NCBI GenBank assembly: GCA_050290705.1
Contig: JBNKIC010000026.1
Location: forward strand, 365,699 to 429,698
Direction: 5' to 3'
Length of the DNA: 64,000 bases
DNA from: Paracoccaceae bacterium
Lineage (GTDB): Bacteria > Pseudomonadota > Alphaproteobacteria > Rhodobacterales > Rhodobacteraceae
The position numbers and the translations under genes were made by a program. The notes under the pieces were generated by a model. It made no database searches, was not told the DNA's origin, and was given only the letters and a program-made list of their open reading frames with translations. Position 1 is the first letter of the stretch; every line of letters begins with the position of its first letter. Below, piece by piece: positions 39,897 through 50,654 of the stretch.

Positions 39897-41705
39897 TCAG
39901 CGCAGGGTCGTGATCGCGCCATGCGAGGCGGGGCCGACGGTCTGGCGGAACATTTCAAACAGTTCGCGGCCCATTCCGTGGCTATTGGCCGAAAGATCAG
40001 CCGTTACCGGCGCGCGGTCAAGCACGCCTTCGGTCAGGATCTCCAGCGTTCCGGCCTCTGCGTCAAGGCGCAGAATGTCGCCATCGGCCAGTTTGGCAAT
40101 CGGGCCACCATCCACCGCTTCGGGAGACACGTGAATGGCCGCGGGCACCTTGCCGCTGGCGCCCGACATCCGGCCATCGGTGACCAGCGCCATTTTCAGC
40201 CCGCGATCCTGCAACACGGTGAGGGTCGGCGTGAGGCTGTGAAGCTCGGGCATCCCGTTGGCTTTCGGCCCCTGAAAGCGCACCACCACGATGGTGTCAG
40301 AGGTAAACTCACCGGCTTTGAACGCGTCTTTCACCGCTTCCTGATCGTGGAAGATCCGCACCGGGGCTTCGACCACATGGCGCTCGGGTGCCACGGCAGA
40401 GATCTTGATCACACCTTGGCCCAGATTGCCGGTCAGCTGCACCAGCCCGCCGCTGGCCTGGAACGGGTCCGAGGCCGGGCGAACGATCTTGTCGTTCAGG
40501 CTTTCGCGCGGACCCGGCTCCCAGCTCACCCGGTCGCCCGTCAGCTTCGGCTCGGACACATAGCTGCCCAGGCCGCTGCCGGTCACGGTTTTGGTGTCGT
40601 CATGCAAGAGGCCAGCCTCGAGCAATTCGCCGATCAGATAGGCCATACCGCCCGCCGCGTGGAAATGGTTCACATCGGCCAGCCCGTTCGGATAGACCCG
40701 CGCCATCAGCGGCACCACGGCGGAAATGTCCGAAAAATCTTCCAGCTCGATCTCGATCCCTGCGGCGCGTGCCATGGCCGGGATATGCAGCACCAGATTG
40801 GTCGAGCCGCCGGTGGCCATCAGCCCCACCAGCCCGTTCACAAAGGCGCGTTCGTCCAGCACATCGGCCACCGGGGTAAACTCGTTGCCCAGATGGGTGA
40901 TCTGCAAGGCCCGGCGTGCGGCTTCGGCGGTCAGCGCATCGCGCAGCGGCGTGCCGGGATTGACGAAGGAACTGCCGGGCAGGTGCAGCCCCATGATTTC
41001 CATCAGCATCTGATTGGAATTGGCGGTGCCGTAGAATGTGCAGGTGCCGATGCCGTGATAGGCGGCCATCTCGCTGGCCAGCAGCTCTTCGCGTGTCGCG
41101 TCACCGGTGGCAAAGCGCTGGCGCACCTTGGCTTTTTCGTCATTGGCGATTCCGGTGGTCATCGGCCCCGCGGGCACAAACACCGCCGGGATATGGCCAA
41201 AGGTCGCCGCGCCGATCACCAGACCGGGCACGATCTTGTCGCACACGCCCAGATACATCGCGGTGTCAAAGGTGTTGTGGCTCAGCGCCACCCCGGTGGC
41301 CAGCGCAATGACTTCACGCGAAAACAGGCTCAGCTCCATCCCCGTGGCGCCTTGTGTGACGCCATCGCACATCGCCGGAACCCCGCCCGCCACCTGCGCA
41401 GTGGCGCCTTCGGCGCGCGCGGCGGCCTTGATGATGTCGGGAAAATCCTTGTAGGGCGCGTGGGCGCTCAGCATGTCATTATAGGCGGTGACGATGCCGA
41501 TGTTGGGCGCACGCCCGGCGGCCAGTTCGCCCTGATCCTCGCCGGACCCGGCATAGGCATGGGCTTGCCCGGAACAGCTCAGATGAGCGCGGGCCGGACC
41601 CTGTTCGATGGCGCGGGCAACGCGCTCCATATAGGCGGTGCGGCGCGGGCGCGAACGCTCAACAATACGTTGGGTGATGCGGTCGATCTCAGGGTGCAGG
41701 CTCAT
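39897..41705 (-). CDS. edd: 6-phosphogluconate dehydratase
   Basis: [51 protein letters not shown]. Confidence 0.96.
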   Translation of the reverse strand: MSLHPEIDRITQRIVERSRPRRTAYMERVARAIEQGPARAHLSCSGQAHAYAGSGEDQGELAAGRAPNIGIVTAYNDMLSAHAPYKDFPDIIKAAARAEGATAQVAGGVPAMCDGVTQGATGMELSLFSREVIALATGVALSHNTFDTAMYLGVCDKIVPGLVIGAATFGHIPAVFVPAGPMTTGIANDEKAKVRQRFATGDATREELLASEMAAYHGIGTCTFYGTANSNQMLMEIMGLHLPGSSFVNPGTPLRDALTAEAARRALQITHLGNEFTPVADVLDERAFVNGLVGLMATGGSTNLVLHIPAMARAAGIEIELEDFSDISAVVPLMARVYPNGLADVNHFHAAGGMAYLIGELLEAGLLHDDTKTVTGSGLGSYVSEPKLTGDRVSWEPGPRESLNDKIVRPASDPFQASGGLVQLTGNLGQGVIKISAVAPERHVVEAPVRIFHDQEAVKDAFKAGEFTSDTIVVVRFQGPKANGMPELHSLTPTLTVLQDRGLKMALVTDGRMSGASGKVPAAIHVSPEAVDGGPIAKLADGDILRLDAEAGTLEILTEGVLDRAPVTADLSANSHGMGRELFEMFRQTVGPASHGAITTLR

Positions 41706-41762
41706 CGCACATTCCTCATATCTGGGCGGAAAGGGCCGATTGGGGCGGGGTAACACACTCCT

Positions 41763-41772
41763 TTAGCGCTAA
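41763..41772. promoter_or_regulatory. LacI-type palindrome upstream of edd-eda
   Basis: Perfect TTAGCGCTAA with central CG, ~60 bp upstream of edd. Confidence 0.55.
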
Positions 41773-41957
41773 CAATGCTGTTCTTGGCCGCATCCCGCCG
41801 TTCTGCCGGGTGGTGGTTATGTGCCATTGTCTGCCCCCCTGAAACAATTCCGCGCAGAGCCGGGAATTCTCCCCCAAGTCTCCCTAATTCCGCCGTAATT
41901 GGTTAACAAGTTCTGTCTAAAGCACTGAAGTAGAAATGTGCATGACGGAGAAGAGGA

Positions 41958-42587
41958 ATGAAACCGATCCGAGCTTTGCTTTTCCTGGCAGCCATGGCCT
42001 CGCTGACGGCCTGTACCGCCATGGACGAGATGGTCAGCCGCAACATGTCGCCCTCCACGCCGCTGCTGGGCACCATCAACGCCCCGCACGCGCCGGTGCC
42101 GCTGCACCCGTCCTACAAGGTGGTGGCGGTGAATGTGGAAGTGCCCGGTACGCTGCGGGTCTCCGAGCTGAACAGCTACAAGCCGCGCGCCGATATCGTC
42201 TGGCGCGAAGATCCCTATGGCGACCGCCATGTACAGGTTGATGCAATCGTGACCAATGCGCTGGAAAAAGGCGTGGCCGGGCTCAACGGCGATCGTGAGG
42301 TGGTGCTTCAGGTCGTGATCAACCGTTTCCATGCGCTCACCCAGCGGACCCGCTACACCCTTGGCGGTGAACACGAAGTCTGGATGCTGATGGCGGTGCG
42401 CGACGCGAAAACCGGCGAGCTGCTCGAACCCGCCCGCCGCATCGGCTTCAACATCCATGCTGCCGGAGGGCAGGAGGCGATCCACAACGAAGAGCTGGGC
42501 ATCACCCAGAAAGTGGTGATCTCCAACGCGCTGGCCGATCTGATCAAACACGAACTCACCCGCCCGCGCGATTTCCTGCAGGGCTAG
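41958..42587 (+). CDS. Lipoprotein, Rhodobacteraceae DUF6778-like
   Basis: Lipobox LTAC; V.VP..L.VSE.N.YKP.ADIVWREDP.GDR..QV, FHALT.RTRY..GG.H. Confidence 0.7.
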   Translation: MKPIRALLFLAAMASLTACTAMDEMVSRNMSPSTPLLGTINAPHAPVPLHPSYKVVAVNVEVPGTLRVSELNSYKPRADIVWREDPYGDRHVQVDAIVTNALEKGVAGLNGDREVVLQVVINRFHALTQRTRYTLGGEHEVWMLMAVRDAKTGELLEPARRIGFNIHAAGGQEAIHNEELGITQKVVISNALADLIKHELTRPRDFLQG

Positions 42588-42608
42588 GCAAAGCGAAAAA
42601 CGTGAAAG

Positions 42609-42639
42609 AGGGCGTGCCAGTGGCGCGCCCTTTGTTGTT
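42609..42639 (+). terminator. Terminator after the lipoprotein gene
   Basis: AGGGCGTGCC-AGT-GGCGCGCCCT-TTGTTGTT. Confidence 0.55.
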
Positions 42640-42736
42640 CCGGCTGTCGTTCCGGCGCTGGCACATTCCGTCGCTCCCCGCGCAGGAAACGGCTTTCCCT
42701 CTTCCCGCCAGCGCGGCGCTCCTGTAATCGGGGCGC

Positions 42737-43936
42737 ATGAACAACGAAACCCTTCCCGTGATCCGCCTGAAACCCAAAGCCAATGCCCGTGCCATCCGGC
42801 ATGGCTTTCCCTGGGTCTTCGATAATGAAATCGTCACCGACCGGCGCACCAAAGCGCTGGCCCCGGGCAGCATTGCCCGGCTGGAAGATGGCGAACGCCA
42901 TCCGATGGGGCTGATCGCGGTCAATCCCGGCTCGCGCATTTTCGGCCGGATGCTGGATCGTGATCCCGACGCGGTGATCGACGGTGCCTGGCTGCGCGCC
43001 CGCCTTGCCGCCGCGCTGGAGCATCGCACCCGCCTTTACGATCAACCCTTCTACCGCCTCGTTCACGCCGAGGCCGATGGTCTGCCCGGCGTGGTGGTCG
43101 ACCGCTACGGCGATACCATCGTGGTGCAGCCCAACGCCGCCTGGGCCGATGCGCGCTCAGACGAGCTGGCGCAGGTGCTGGTCGAGCTGACCGGGGTCAC
43201 AACCGTGGTGAAAAACGCCTCGGGCCGGTCGCGTGGGCTTGAAGGGCTCGATGACGCCACCGAGGTCATGATCGGCAGCGAACCGAGCCAAGTATCGGTG
43301 CCGATGAACGGCGCCACCTATATTGCCGACATCATGGGCGGGCAGAAAACCGGGCTGTTTTTCGACCAACGCCCCAACCACGCTTTCGCGGCGGGGCTGG
43401 CCAAGGGCGCGCGGGTGCTCGACATGTTCTCCCATGTCGGGGGCTTCTCGCTGGCCGCGCTGGCCAATGGGGCCGAAAGCGCACTGGCGGTCGATGGCTC
43501 TGCCCCGGCGCTGGAGCTGGCCGAAGAGGGCGCGCGCCAAAGCGGCGTGGCTGATAAGTTCACCACCCGGCAGGGCGACGCCTTTGCGGTTCTGGAAGCG
43601 CTCGAGGCCGAGGGCGCCACATTCGACGTGGTGATCTGCGATCCGCCCGCCTTCGCCCCGAACAAACCGACGCTTGAGGCCGGGCTGCGCGCCTATGAAC
43701 GCATCGCCCGCCTTGCTGCCAAGCTGGTGGTGCCGGGCGGCTATCTGGGCCTCTGCTCCTGCTCGCACGCGGCGGATCTCTCGAAATTCCGCCATGCCTC
43801 GAACCGGGGCATCGGTCGGGCCGGGCAGCGCGCGCAGCTCATCCACACCGGCTTTGCCGGGCCAGACCATCCACAACACCCGCAGCTTGCCGAAAGCGGC
43901 TATCTGAAAGCGCTGTTTTACCGGATCCTGCCGTGA
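42737..43936 (+). CDS. RlmI-like PUA/class I SAM methyltransferase
   Basis: GFPWVFDNE, RLVHAEADGLPG, GQKTGLFFDQR, LDMFSHVGGF, CDPPAF, CSCS. Confidence 0.88.
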   Translation: MNNETLPVIRLKPKANARAIRHGFPWVFDNEIVTDRRTKALAPGSIARLEDGERHPMGLIAVNPGSRIFGRMLDRDPDAVIDGAWLRARLAAALEHRTRLYDQPFYRLVHAEADGLPGVVVDRYGDTIVVQPNAAWADARSDELAQVLVELTGVTTVVKNASGRSRGLEGLDDATEVMIGSEPSQVSVPMNGATYIADIMGGQKTGLFFDQRPNHAFAAGLAKGARVLDMFSHVGGFSLAALANGAESALAVDGSAPALELAEEGARQSGVADKFTTRQGDAFAVLEALEAEGATFDVVICDPPAFAPNKPTLEAGLRAYERIARLAAKLVVPGGYLGLCSCSHAADLSKFRHASNRGIGRAGQRAQLIHTGFAGPDHPQHPQLAESGYLKALFYRILP

Positions 43937-44487
43937 GGGCGCTGCTCGACGCCTGCGTACTTTACCCCACAGTGATGCGCGAAATGCTGGTCGGTGCGGC
44001 GGAAGCGGGGCTGTATCAGCCGCGTTGGAGCCCGCGCATTCTGGAAGAATGGGCGCGCGCCGCGGCCAAGTTGGGGGATGGGCAGGAAACCCTGGCGCGC
44101 GGTGAAATCGCCGCGCTCAGCGCCCGCTGGCCCGAGGCCGCCGTGCGCCCCCATGCGCGCGACGAAGCGCGGCTCTGGCTGCCGGACCCGTCGGATGTGC
44201 ATGTGCTCTCCGCCGCGATTGCGGGCTCGGCCGATCTGATCATCACCCTGAATGCCAAGGATTTTCCCCGCCATACGCTCAGCGAAGAAGGGCTGGAACG
44301 CCTGTCGCCCGACGAGTTTCTGCGCGACCTGTTCGACAAGCACCCCGACGCGCTCATCGCGCTGGGGCGGGCGGTGCAGGCCGAGGCCGAACGGCTTTCG
44401 GGCGAAAGCTGGCCGGTCCGCAAACTGATGAAAAAGGCGCGGCTGCCCCGGCTGGGCAAGGCGCTGGACGCTGCCGGGCTGAACTAG
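43933..44487 (+). CDS. PIN-domain protein
   Basis: ALLDACVLYP, ILEEW, PDPSDVHVL, IITLNAKDF; GTGA-coupled to the methyltransferase. Confidence 0.85.
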   Translation: MRALLDACVLYPTVMREMLVGAAEAGLYQPRWSPRILEEWARAAAKLGDGQETLARGEIAALSARWPEAAVRPHARDEARLWLPDPSDVHVLSAAIAGSADLIITLNAKDFPRHTLSEEGLERLSPDEFLRDLFDKHPDALIALGRAVQAEAERLSGESWPVRKLMKKARLPRLGKALDAAGLN

Positions 44488-44675
44488 GGGCTACGTCCTG
44501 CCTTCCGGTTCGGCGGCACCGCCTGGAGGGCGCACATAAACGCCCTGATATGCTCGGCGACCGCGAAGGCTGAAGAGACTTCCCGCTGATGCCAATTGGC
44601 CAAACGCGAGGGACAGCTCCGCGCTCAGCCCGGAACAAGGCGCCGCGCGCCACCGGGCAGGCGCCTGACCGGCGG

Positions 44676-45359
44676 CTACCCTTGCCATTTCTGTTCATTC
44701 GCCTCGATCGCGGCGATGCGTTCATCCACTTTCGGATGGCTCATGAACCAGGCCGGAATGCTACCGGCCCGCGCCGAGGTCAGCGTATCGAGCTTGCCAA
44801 ACAGCGATTTCTGTGGCGCGGTGCCGATGCCTGCTTTCACCAGAAGCGCCGAGGCATAGGCGTCGGCCTCATATTCGTCGCCGCGCGACAGCCGCGCCGC
44901 AACCATGCGGGTGACCATATTGGCCAGCGCCGGACCAAGCCCCGGCAGAAACCGCCCCAAGACCATGGACATCGCCATTCGCAGGGCGTTCTGGCCGGAA
45001 AAGTCGATCATCCGGCGGCGCGAATGCCCCAGCGCCACATGGCCCAGCTCATGCGCGATCACCGAAGCCAGCTCTTCCGCACTCACCACGCCTTCGCGGT
45101 ATTGCCGGTAAAACCCCCGCGTGATGAAAATCCGCCCATCGGGGGCTGCCAGCCCGTTCACCGGCTCGATCTCGTAGAGATGCACCGGGATCCGCTCCAG
45201 ATCGAGCGCACGCGCCATCCGGTCGGTCAGGGCCTTCAACGCCGGATCGGCCAGCTCGGTCGATTTCGCATCAAGCTCATGCGCCAGCCGCCAGGCCGAC
45301 AGCCAGTACATGACAAGCCCATAGACGAGCGCGAGTAGAAGTGGGGTAAACTTCAGCAT
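44676..45359 (-). CDS. M48 family zinc metallopeptidase
   Basis: VNGLA, VIAHELGH, EYEAD, WFMSHP..ERI. Confidence 0.88.
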   Translation of the reverse strand: MLKFTPLLLALVYGLVMYWLSAWRLAHELDAKSTELADPALKALTDRMARALDLERIPVHLYEIEPVNGLAAPDGRIFITRGFYRQYREGVVSAEELASVIAHELGHVALGHSRRRMIDFSGQNALRMAMSMVLGRFLPGLGPALANMVTRMVAARLSRGDEYEADAYASALLVKAGIGTAPQKSLFGKLDTLTSARAGSIPAWFMSHPKVDERIAAIEANEQKWQG

Positions 45360-45457
45360 CCGTTCAATATGGTGTCTGCGCCGCGATTGGGAAAGGGCAG
45401 AGGGGGGGATAGCGATCCGATATTGCACCCGGCGGCGTGCTTGGTTACGCCATCGCC

Positions 45458-48400
45458 ATGAGCCAAAATCACCCCATCACCCTGTCCGGCGCCCCTGAGG
45501 GCTATGATGCGTTGCTTCTGGCGCGCGAATTGCAGAAAAGCGGCGGCCCGATCCTGCATGTCGCCCGCGACGCGGCGCGCATGGCGGCAATGGCGGCGGC
45601 GCTGGATTTCTTCGCCCCCGATGTGACCCGGCTAACCTTTCCGGGCTGGGATTGCCTGCCCTTTGATCGGGTCTCACCCAACCCGGACGTGTCGGCGGCG
45701 CGGATGGCCACGCTGGCCGCACTTGCCCATGGCCTGCCCACCAATCGGGTGATCGTGCTCACCACGCTCAACGCCGCCACCCAGCGCCTTCCGGCGCGCG
45801 AGGTGCTGCGCGAGGCGAGCTTCTCGGCGACGGTCGATAGCCGCATCGATGTGGACGGGCTCAAGGCCTTTCTGGTGCGCATGGGCTTTTCGCAATCGCC
45901 CACCGTAACCGAGCCAGGCGATTTCGCCGTGCGTGGCGGTATCATCGACATCTTCCCCCCGGGCGAAGGCGGCCCGGTGCGGCTCGATCTCTTTGGCGAT
46001 GTGCTTGATGGCGCCCGCCGCTTTGATCCCGTGAGCCAGCGCACCACCGAAAACCTCTCGGTGGTCGAGCTGGCGCCAGTGTCCGAGGTGATCCTAGACG
46101 AGGCAGCGATCACCCGGTTCCGGCAGAATTACCGCATCGAGTTTGGCGCGGCGACCTCGGACGATCCGCTTTACGAAGCGGTCAGCGCCGGGCGCAAACA
46201 GCAGGGGATGGAGCACTGGCTGCCGTTCTTTCATGCCTCGCTAGAAACCCTGTTCGACTACCTGCCCGGCGCCAGCGTGATCCTTGACGATCAGTTCACC
46301 CCGGCGCGGCTCAGCCGCTGGGAGGGGATCGAAGATCAATACGACACCCGCCGCGAGGCGATGAATGCAAAAAGCCGGATGGACAGCGTCTACAAACCCT
46401 GTCCGCCGGGGCTGCTCTATCTCGACGACGAGGCTTGGTTGGCGGCAACGGCAGAGCATCGGGTCATCTCCCTTGCCGCCCTGCCGCAGCCGACCGGGCC
46501 GAATGCTCTCGATGGCGGTGGCCGTATCGGGCGCAATTTCGCCCCCGAGCGTCAACAGGAAAAGATAAACCTGTTCAGTGCCTTGGTGGATCATGTTCGC
46601 GCAAAACGTGAACATAACGCGGTGGTCATTGCCTCCTATTCCGAGGGCGCGCGCGAGCGGCTGAAAGGGCTGCTGGCCGATGAAGACCTCACCGCCACCG
46701 CCGAGATCGCCGATTTCCGCGACGTGCCCGAAAGCCATGGCGGCGTTTACCTCGCCGTCTGGCCTCTGGAACACGGGTTCGAGGGCAAGGGCCTTACCGT
46801 CATTTCCGAGCAGGACGTGCTCGGCGACAGGCTGATCCGCGCGCCGAAAAAACGCAGGCGGGCCGAGAACTTCCTGACTGAAGCTAATGCGCTTTCTCCG
46901 GGCGATCTGGTGGTGCATGTCGATCATGGCGTCGGGCGCTACAAGGGGCTGGAAACCATCACCGCCGCCGGCGCGCCGCATGAATGCATCGCGCTGGAAT
47001 ATGCGGGCGGTGACAGGCTTTTCCTGCCGGTGGAAAACATCGAGCTTCTGTCGAAATTCGGCCATGAGGAAGGGCTGCTTGATAAGCTCGGCGGCGGCGC
47101 TTGGCAGGCCAAAAAAGCCCGGCTGAAAGAGCGCATCCGTGAGATTGCCGATAAGCTGATCCGGCTAGCGGCAGAGCGCGCCCTGCGCAAGGCCCCGGTT
47201 CTGGAAGCGCCGCATCACGCCTGGGAAGACTTCGCCACCCGCTTTCCCTATCAGGAGACCGAAGATCAGCTGAGCGCGATCTCGGATGTCATCGAGGATA
47301 TTGCCAGCGGTCAGCCGATGGACCGCCTCATTTGCGGCGATGTCGGCTTTGGCAAAACCGAAGTGGCGATGCGCGCGGCCTTTGTCGCGGCCATGTCAGG
47401 CCGGCAAGTGGCGGTGATCGCGCCGACCACGCTGCTGGCGCGGCAGCATTACAAAAGCTTTGCCGAACGGTTCCGGGGCTTTCCGATCACGGTCGGGCAG
47501 CTTAGCCGCTTCGTGCCCCAGAAAGAGGCCGAGCGCACCCGCGAGGGGATGAAGGACGGCACGATGGATATCGTCGTCGGTACCCATGCGCTCTTGGCGA
47601 AAGCGATCCGTTTCAAGGATCTTGGCCTGTTGGTGATCGACGAGGAACAGCGCTTTGGCGTCGGGCATAAGGAACGGCTGAAAGAGCTGCGCTCGGATGT
47701 GCATGTGCTCACCCTCACCGCCACGCCGATCCCACGCACCCTGCAAATGAGCCTCACCGGCGTGCGCGACCTTTCGGTCATCGGCACCCCGCCGGTCGAC
47801 CGCCTGTCGATCCGCACCTATGTGAGCGAATTTGACAGCGTGACGATCCGCGAAGCCCTCCTGCGCGAGCATTATCGCGGCGGGCAGAGCTTCGTCGTGG
47901 TGCCGCGCATCAAGGACATTCACGAGATCGAGGATTTCCTCAAAACCCATGTGCCCGAGGTCACTTTCGTGGTGGCGCATGGGCAGATGGCGGCGGGCGA
48001 GCTCGACAGCCGGATGAACGCCTTTTACGACGGCAAATACGATGTGCTGCTGGCCACCACGATTGTGGAATCCGGCCTCGATATTCCCACCGCCAACACC
48101 ATGGTAGTCTGGCGTGCCGACATGTTCGGGCTGGCGCAGCTTTATCAGATCCGGGGCCGGGTCGGCCGGGCCAAAACCCGTGCCTATTGCTACCTCACCA
48201 CCAAACCGCGAACCCCGCTGACCGACACCGCGCAGAAGCGGCTGAAAGTGCTGGGCAGTCTCGACAGCCTCGGCGCGGGCTTCATGCTCGCCAGTCAGGA
48301 TCTCGACATTCGCGGCGCAGGCAACCTGATCGGCGAAGAGCAATCGGGCAATATGAACGAGGTGGGCTATGAGCTTTACCAGCAGATGCTGGAAGAGGCG

Positions 48401-48916
48401 ATTGCCAAGATCCGCTCGGGCCAGCTCGAAGGTCTCACCGAGGCCGACGAAACCTGGGCGCCGCAGATCAATCTCGGCGTGCCGGTTCTGATCCCGGCGG
48501 AATATGTGCCCGATCTCGACGTGCGGCTGGGGCTTTACCGGCGTCTGTCCAACCTTTCGACCAAGGTCGAACTGGAAGGCTTCGCCGCCGAGTTGATCGA
48601 CCGGTTCGGCAAGCTCCCGAAAGAGGTGAACACGCTGATGCTGATCGTGCGGATCAAGGCGATGTGCAAGAAGGCCGGTATCGCCCGGCTCGACGGCGGC
48701 CCGAAAGGCGCAACGATCCAGTTCCATGGCGACAAATTCGCCGATCCTGCCGGTCTGGTCGAATATCTTCAGGCCCAGAAAGGTCTGGCCAAGGTGCGCG
48801 ACAACAAGGTGGTGATCCGTCGCGACTGGGTGAAAGACAGCGACAAGATCAAAGGCGCCTTCGCCATCGCCCGGGATCTGGCCGAAAAGGCGGGCACGAT
48901 CCGGGTCAAACGCTAG
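45458..48916 (+). CDS. mfd: Transcription-repair coupling factor
   Basis: VRGGIIDIF, VVHVDHGVG, GDVGFGKTEVA, DEEQRFGV, TATPIPRT, QIRGRVGR, DLDIRGAGN; TRCF C-terminus. Confidence 0.97.
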   Translation: MSQNHPITLSGAPEGYDALLLARELQKSGGPILHVARDAARMAAMAAALDFFAPDVTRLTFPGWDCLPFDRVSPNPDVSAARMATLAALAHGLPTNRVIVLTTLNAATQRLPAREVLREASFSATVDSRIDVDGLKAFLVRMGFSQSPTVTEPGDFAVRGGIIDIFPPGEGGPVRLDLFGDVLDGARRFDPVSQRTTENLSVVELAPVSEVILDEAAITRFRQNYRIEFGAATSDDPLYEAVSAGRKQQGMEHWLPFFHASLETLFDYLPGASVILDDQFTPARLSRWEGIEDQYDTRREAMNAKSRMDSVYKPCPPGLLYLDDEAWLAATAEHRVISLAALPQPTGPNALDGGGRIGRNFAPERQQEKINLFSALVDHVRAKREHNAVVIASYSEGARERLKGLLADEDLTATAEIADFRDVPESHGGVYLAVWPLEHGFEGKGLTVISEQDVLGDRLIRAPKKRRRAENFLTEANALSPGDLVVHVDHGVGRYKGLETITAAGAPHECIALEYAGGDRLFLPVENIELLSKFGHEEGLLDKLGGGAWQAKKARLKERIREIADKLIRLAAERALRKAPVLEAPHHAWEDFATRFPYQETEDQLSAISDVIEDIASGQPMDRLICGDVGFGKTEVAMRAAFVAAMSGRQVAVIAPTTLLARQHYKSFAERFRGFPITVGQLSRFVPQKEAERTREGMKDGTMDIVVGTHALLAKAIRFKDLGLLVIDEEQRFGVGHKERLKELRSDVHVLTLTATPIPRTLQMSLTGVRDLSVIGTPPVDRLSIRTYVSEFDSVTIREALLREHYRGGQSFVVVPRIKDIHEIEDFLKTHVPEVTFVVAHGQMAAGELDSRMNAFYDGKYDVLLATTIVESGLDIPTANTMVVWRADMFGLAQLYQIRGRVGRAKTRAYCYLTTKPRTPLTDTAQKRLKVLGSLDSLGAGFMLASQDLDIRGAGNLIGEEQSGNMNEVGYELYQQMLEEAIAKIRSGQLEGLTEADETWAPQINLGVPVLIPAEYVPDLDVRLGLYRRLSNLSTKVELEGFAAELIDRFGKLPKEVNTLMLIVRIKAMCKKAGIARLDGGPKGATIQFHGDKFADPAGLVEYLQAQKGLAKVRDNKVVIRRDWVKDSDKIKGAFAIARDLAEKAGTIRVKR

Positions 48917-48989
48917 AGCGCCGATATAACTCTTCTGATTTTCTCCGCGCTCATGCTAGCCTGCCCCCGGGAACGTGAAGGGGTTTGAA

Positions 48990-49262
48990 ATGAAATGGTT
49001 TTATCTTGCCGCGCTGCTTGCGCTGATGCCCGCTGGCGGGTTTGCGCGCGACAGTGCGGCACAGGACGGGCCAGCCGCGCAGCGTCTCTGGTCGCTGGTT
49101 CAGGTGGCCGGGGCCTATGATTGCCGCGATGTCAGTTGCAAGCGGCTCTCAAGCTGCGAAGAAGCCTGTTACAAACTCCTGGCCTGCGGGCAGCGCAAAC
49201 GCGATGGCGATCACGACGGCATCCCGTGCGAAAACCTCTGCGCACGCCCCTGTCCGCGCTGA
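48990..49262 (+). CDS. Secreted Excalibur calcium-binding domain protein
   Basis: Signal peptide; C..SCEEA...C....DGDHDGIPCE.LC motif. Confidence 0.75.
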   Translation: MKWFYLAALLALMPAGGFARDSAAQDGPAAQRLWSLVQVAGAYDCRDVSCKRLSSCEEACYKLLACGQRKRDGDHDGIPCENLCARPCPR

Positions 49263-49264
49263 TC

Positions 49265-50509
49265 TCAGTGGCCGCCATGGGTGGCGCGTTCGCGCTTGCG
49301 GTCGGTCCAGACCAGAACCAGTGCCACAGCCGAGCAGGCGGCGACGCCCCCGATCAGCGCTTTCGGCGTGCCGTCAAAAGACAGGCCAATCGGCGCGGCA
49401 ATACCCACGGCCAGGATTGAGCTGAGCGCCCCCAGAACCGCCGAGGCGGTTCCGGCGATATGGCCCATCGGCTCCATCGCCAGCGCGATCACATTCCCGA
49501 AGGTCAGCCCGTTCATGTAGAACAGCGTCACCGACCAGAATACGAATAACCACAGCGCCACGCTGGGCGACAACTGGTCAAACCAGCCCATCTGCCAGCC
49601 GAAAAACAGCGGCGTGGCGATCAGAACCTGCACACCAAAGGCCCAGTTGGCGAGGGTGCGCATCCCGAACCGCATCACCAGCCGCGCATTGAGAAAGCCT
49701 GACGTGCCCGACATCAGCGCGATCCCGGCAAAATAGAGCGGGAAATCATCGCCCACCCCCAGCGTATCCACATAGATCGCTTGGGCCGAGCTGAGATAGG
49801 CCATCAGCTGACCAAAGCCGAGGGTCATCACGATGAGATAGCGAAATGCCACCGGATTGGTGATCACTTCGATCATCGCCTTAAAGATCGCGGCCACGCG
49901 AAACGGACGGCGCCGTTCCGGCTGCAGCGTTTCCGGCTGACGGATCAGATACCAGCTCAGCACGATCAGCCCCATGGACACATAGGCGGCAAACAGCCCG
50001 CGCCAGCCAACGGCGGCGATGATGTGCTGACCGATAAAGGGCGCGACCGCTGGCACCAGAACGAAAAAGGAAAAGATGATCGAGCCAACCCGGGCCTGTT
50101 CGCGGCCCGAAAACATGTCGCGCATCACCGATTGGCTGACCACGCGGCTTGCGGCAGCGCCGAGGCCCTGCACAAAGCGCGCCGCCAGAAGCGATGTGAG
50201 CGAGGTGGCCGCGGCCCCCCAGAGCGCCCCGACCACGAACAGGGCAACGCCCATCACCAGCGCCGGTCGGCGGCCATGACTGTCGGAATACGGCCCGATA
50301 AACAGCTGCCCCACACCCGTGCCCAGAATGAAGGCAGAGATCACCAGCTGCGCGCGGGTCGGGTCTTGCGGTGTCAGCGCTGCGGCCAGATCGGGCATCG
50401 CTGGCAGGATCGAGTCGATGGAAAACGCCATCAGTGACATCAGCGCGGCCAGCAAAACGACCAGTTCTGCAAGAGCTAGGGGGCGTGTCGGTTTGGCAAA
50501 ACGTGGCAT
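49265..50509 (-). CDS. Bcr/CflA family MFS efflux transporter
   Basis: FSIDSILPA, GPYSDSHGRRP, ARFVQG, PETL, AMEPMGHIAGTAS. Confidence 0.88.
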   Translation of the reverse strand: MPRFAKPTRPLALAELVVLLAALMSLMAFSIDSILPAMPDLAAALTPQDPTRAQLVISAFILGTGVGQLFIGPYSDSHGRRPALVMGVALFVVGALWGAAATSLTSLLAARFVQGLGAAASRVVSQSVMRDMFSGREQARVGSIIFSFFVLVPAVAPFIGQHIIAAVGWRGLFAAYVSMGLIVLSWYLIRQPETLQPERRRPFRVAAIFKAMIEVITNPVAFRYLIVMTLGFGQLMAYLSSAQAIYVDTLGVGDDFPLYFAGIALMSGTSGFLNARLVMRFGMRTLANWAFGVQVLIATPLFFGWQMGWFDQLSPSVALWLFVFWSVTLFYMNGLTFGNVIALAMEPMGHIAGTASAVLGALSSILAVGIAAPIGLSFDGTPKALIGGVAACSAVALVLVWTDRKRERATHGGH

Positions 50510-50654
50510 GGAAAACCTTTCGGTCGAAAAATGCCCGAAGGAATGGGGAATGGCCAGAGGAAACGGGTGGGGCAGGCAGGTCGTCTGCCCACCCCGAGAG
50601 GTTGGAATTCCGCTTGAAATCGCGCCTGTCGCGTAAGGGGGGAAGCGCTCTCGC

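Noticed and set aside
44491-44688. 65-aa minus-strand ORF between the PIN and M48 genes
   Set aside because: Low-complexity Ala/Gly/Arg composition, no motif and no clear RBS.
50565-50595. Hairpin in the Bcr/CflA leader as a riboswitch or attenuator
   Set aside because: A single stem with no U-tract or recognisable aptamer; it may simply end the upstream DsbA transcript.
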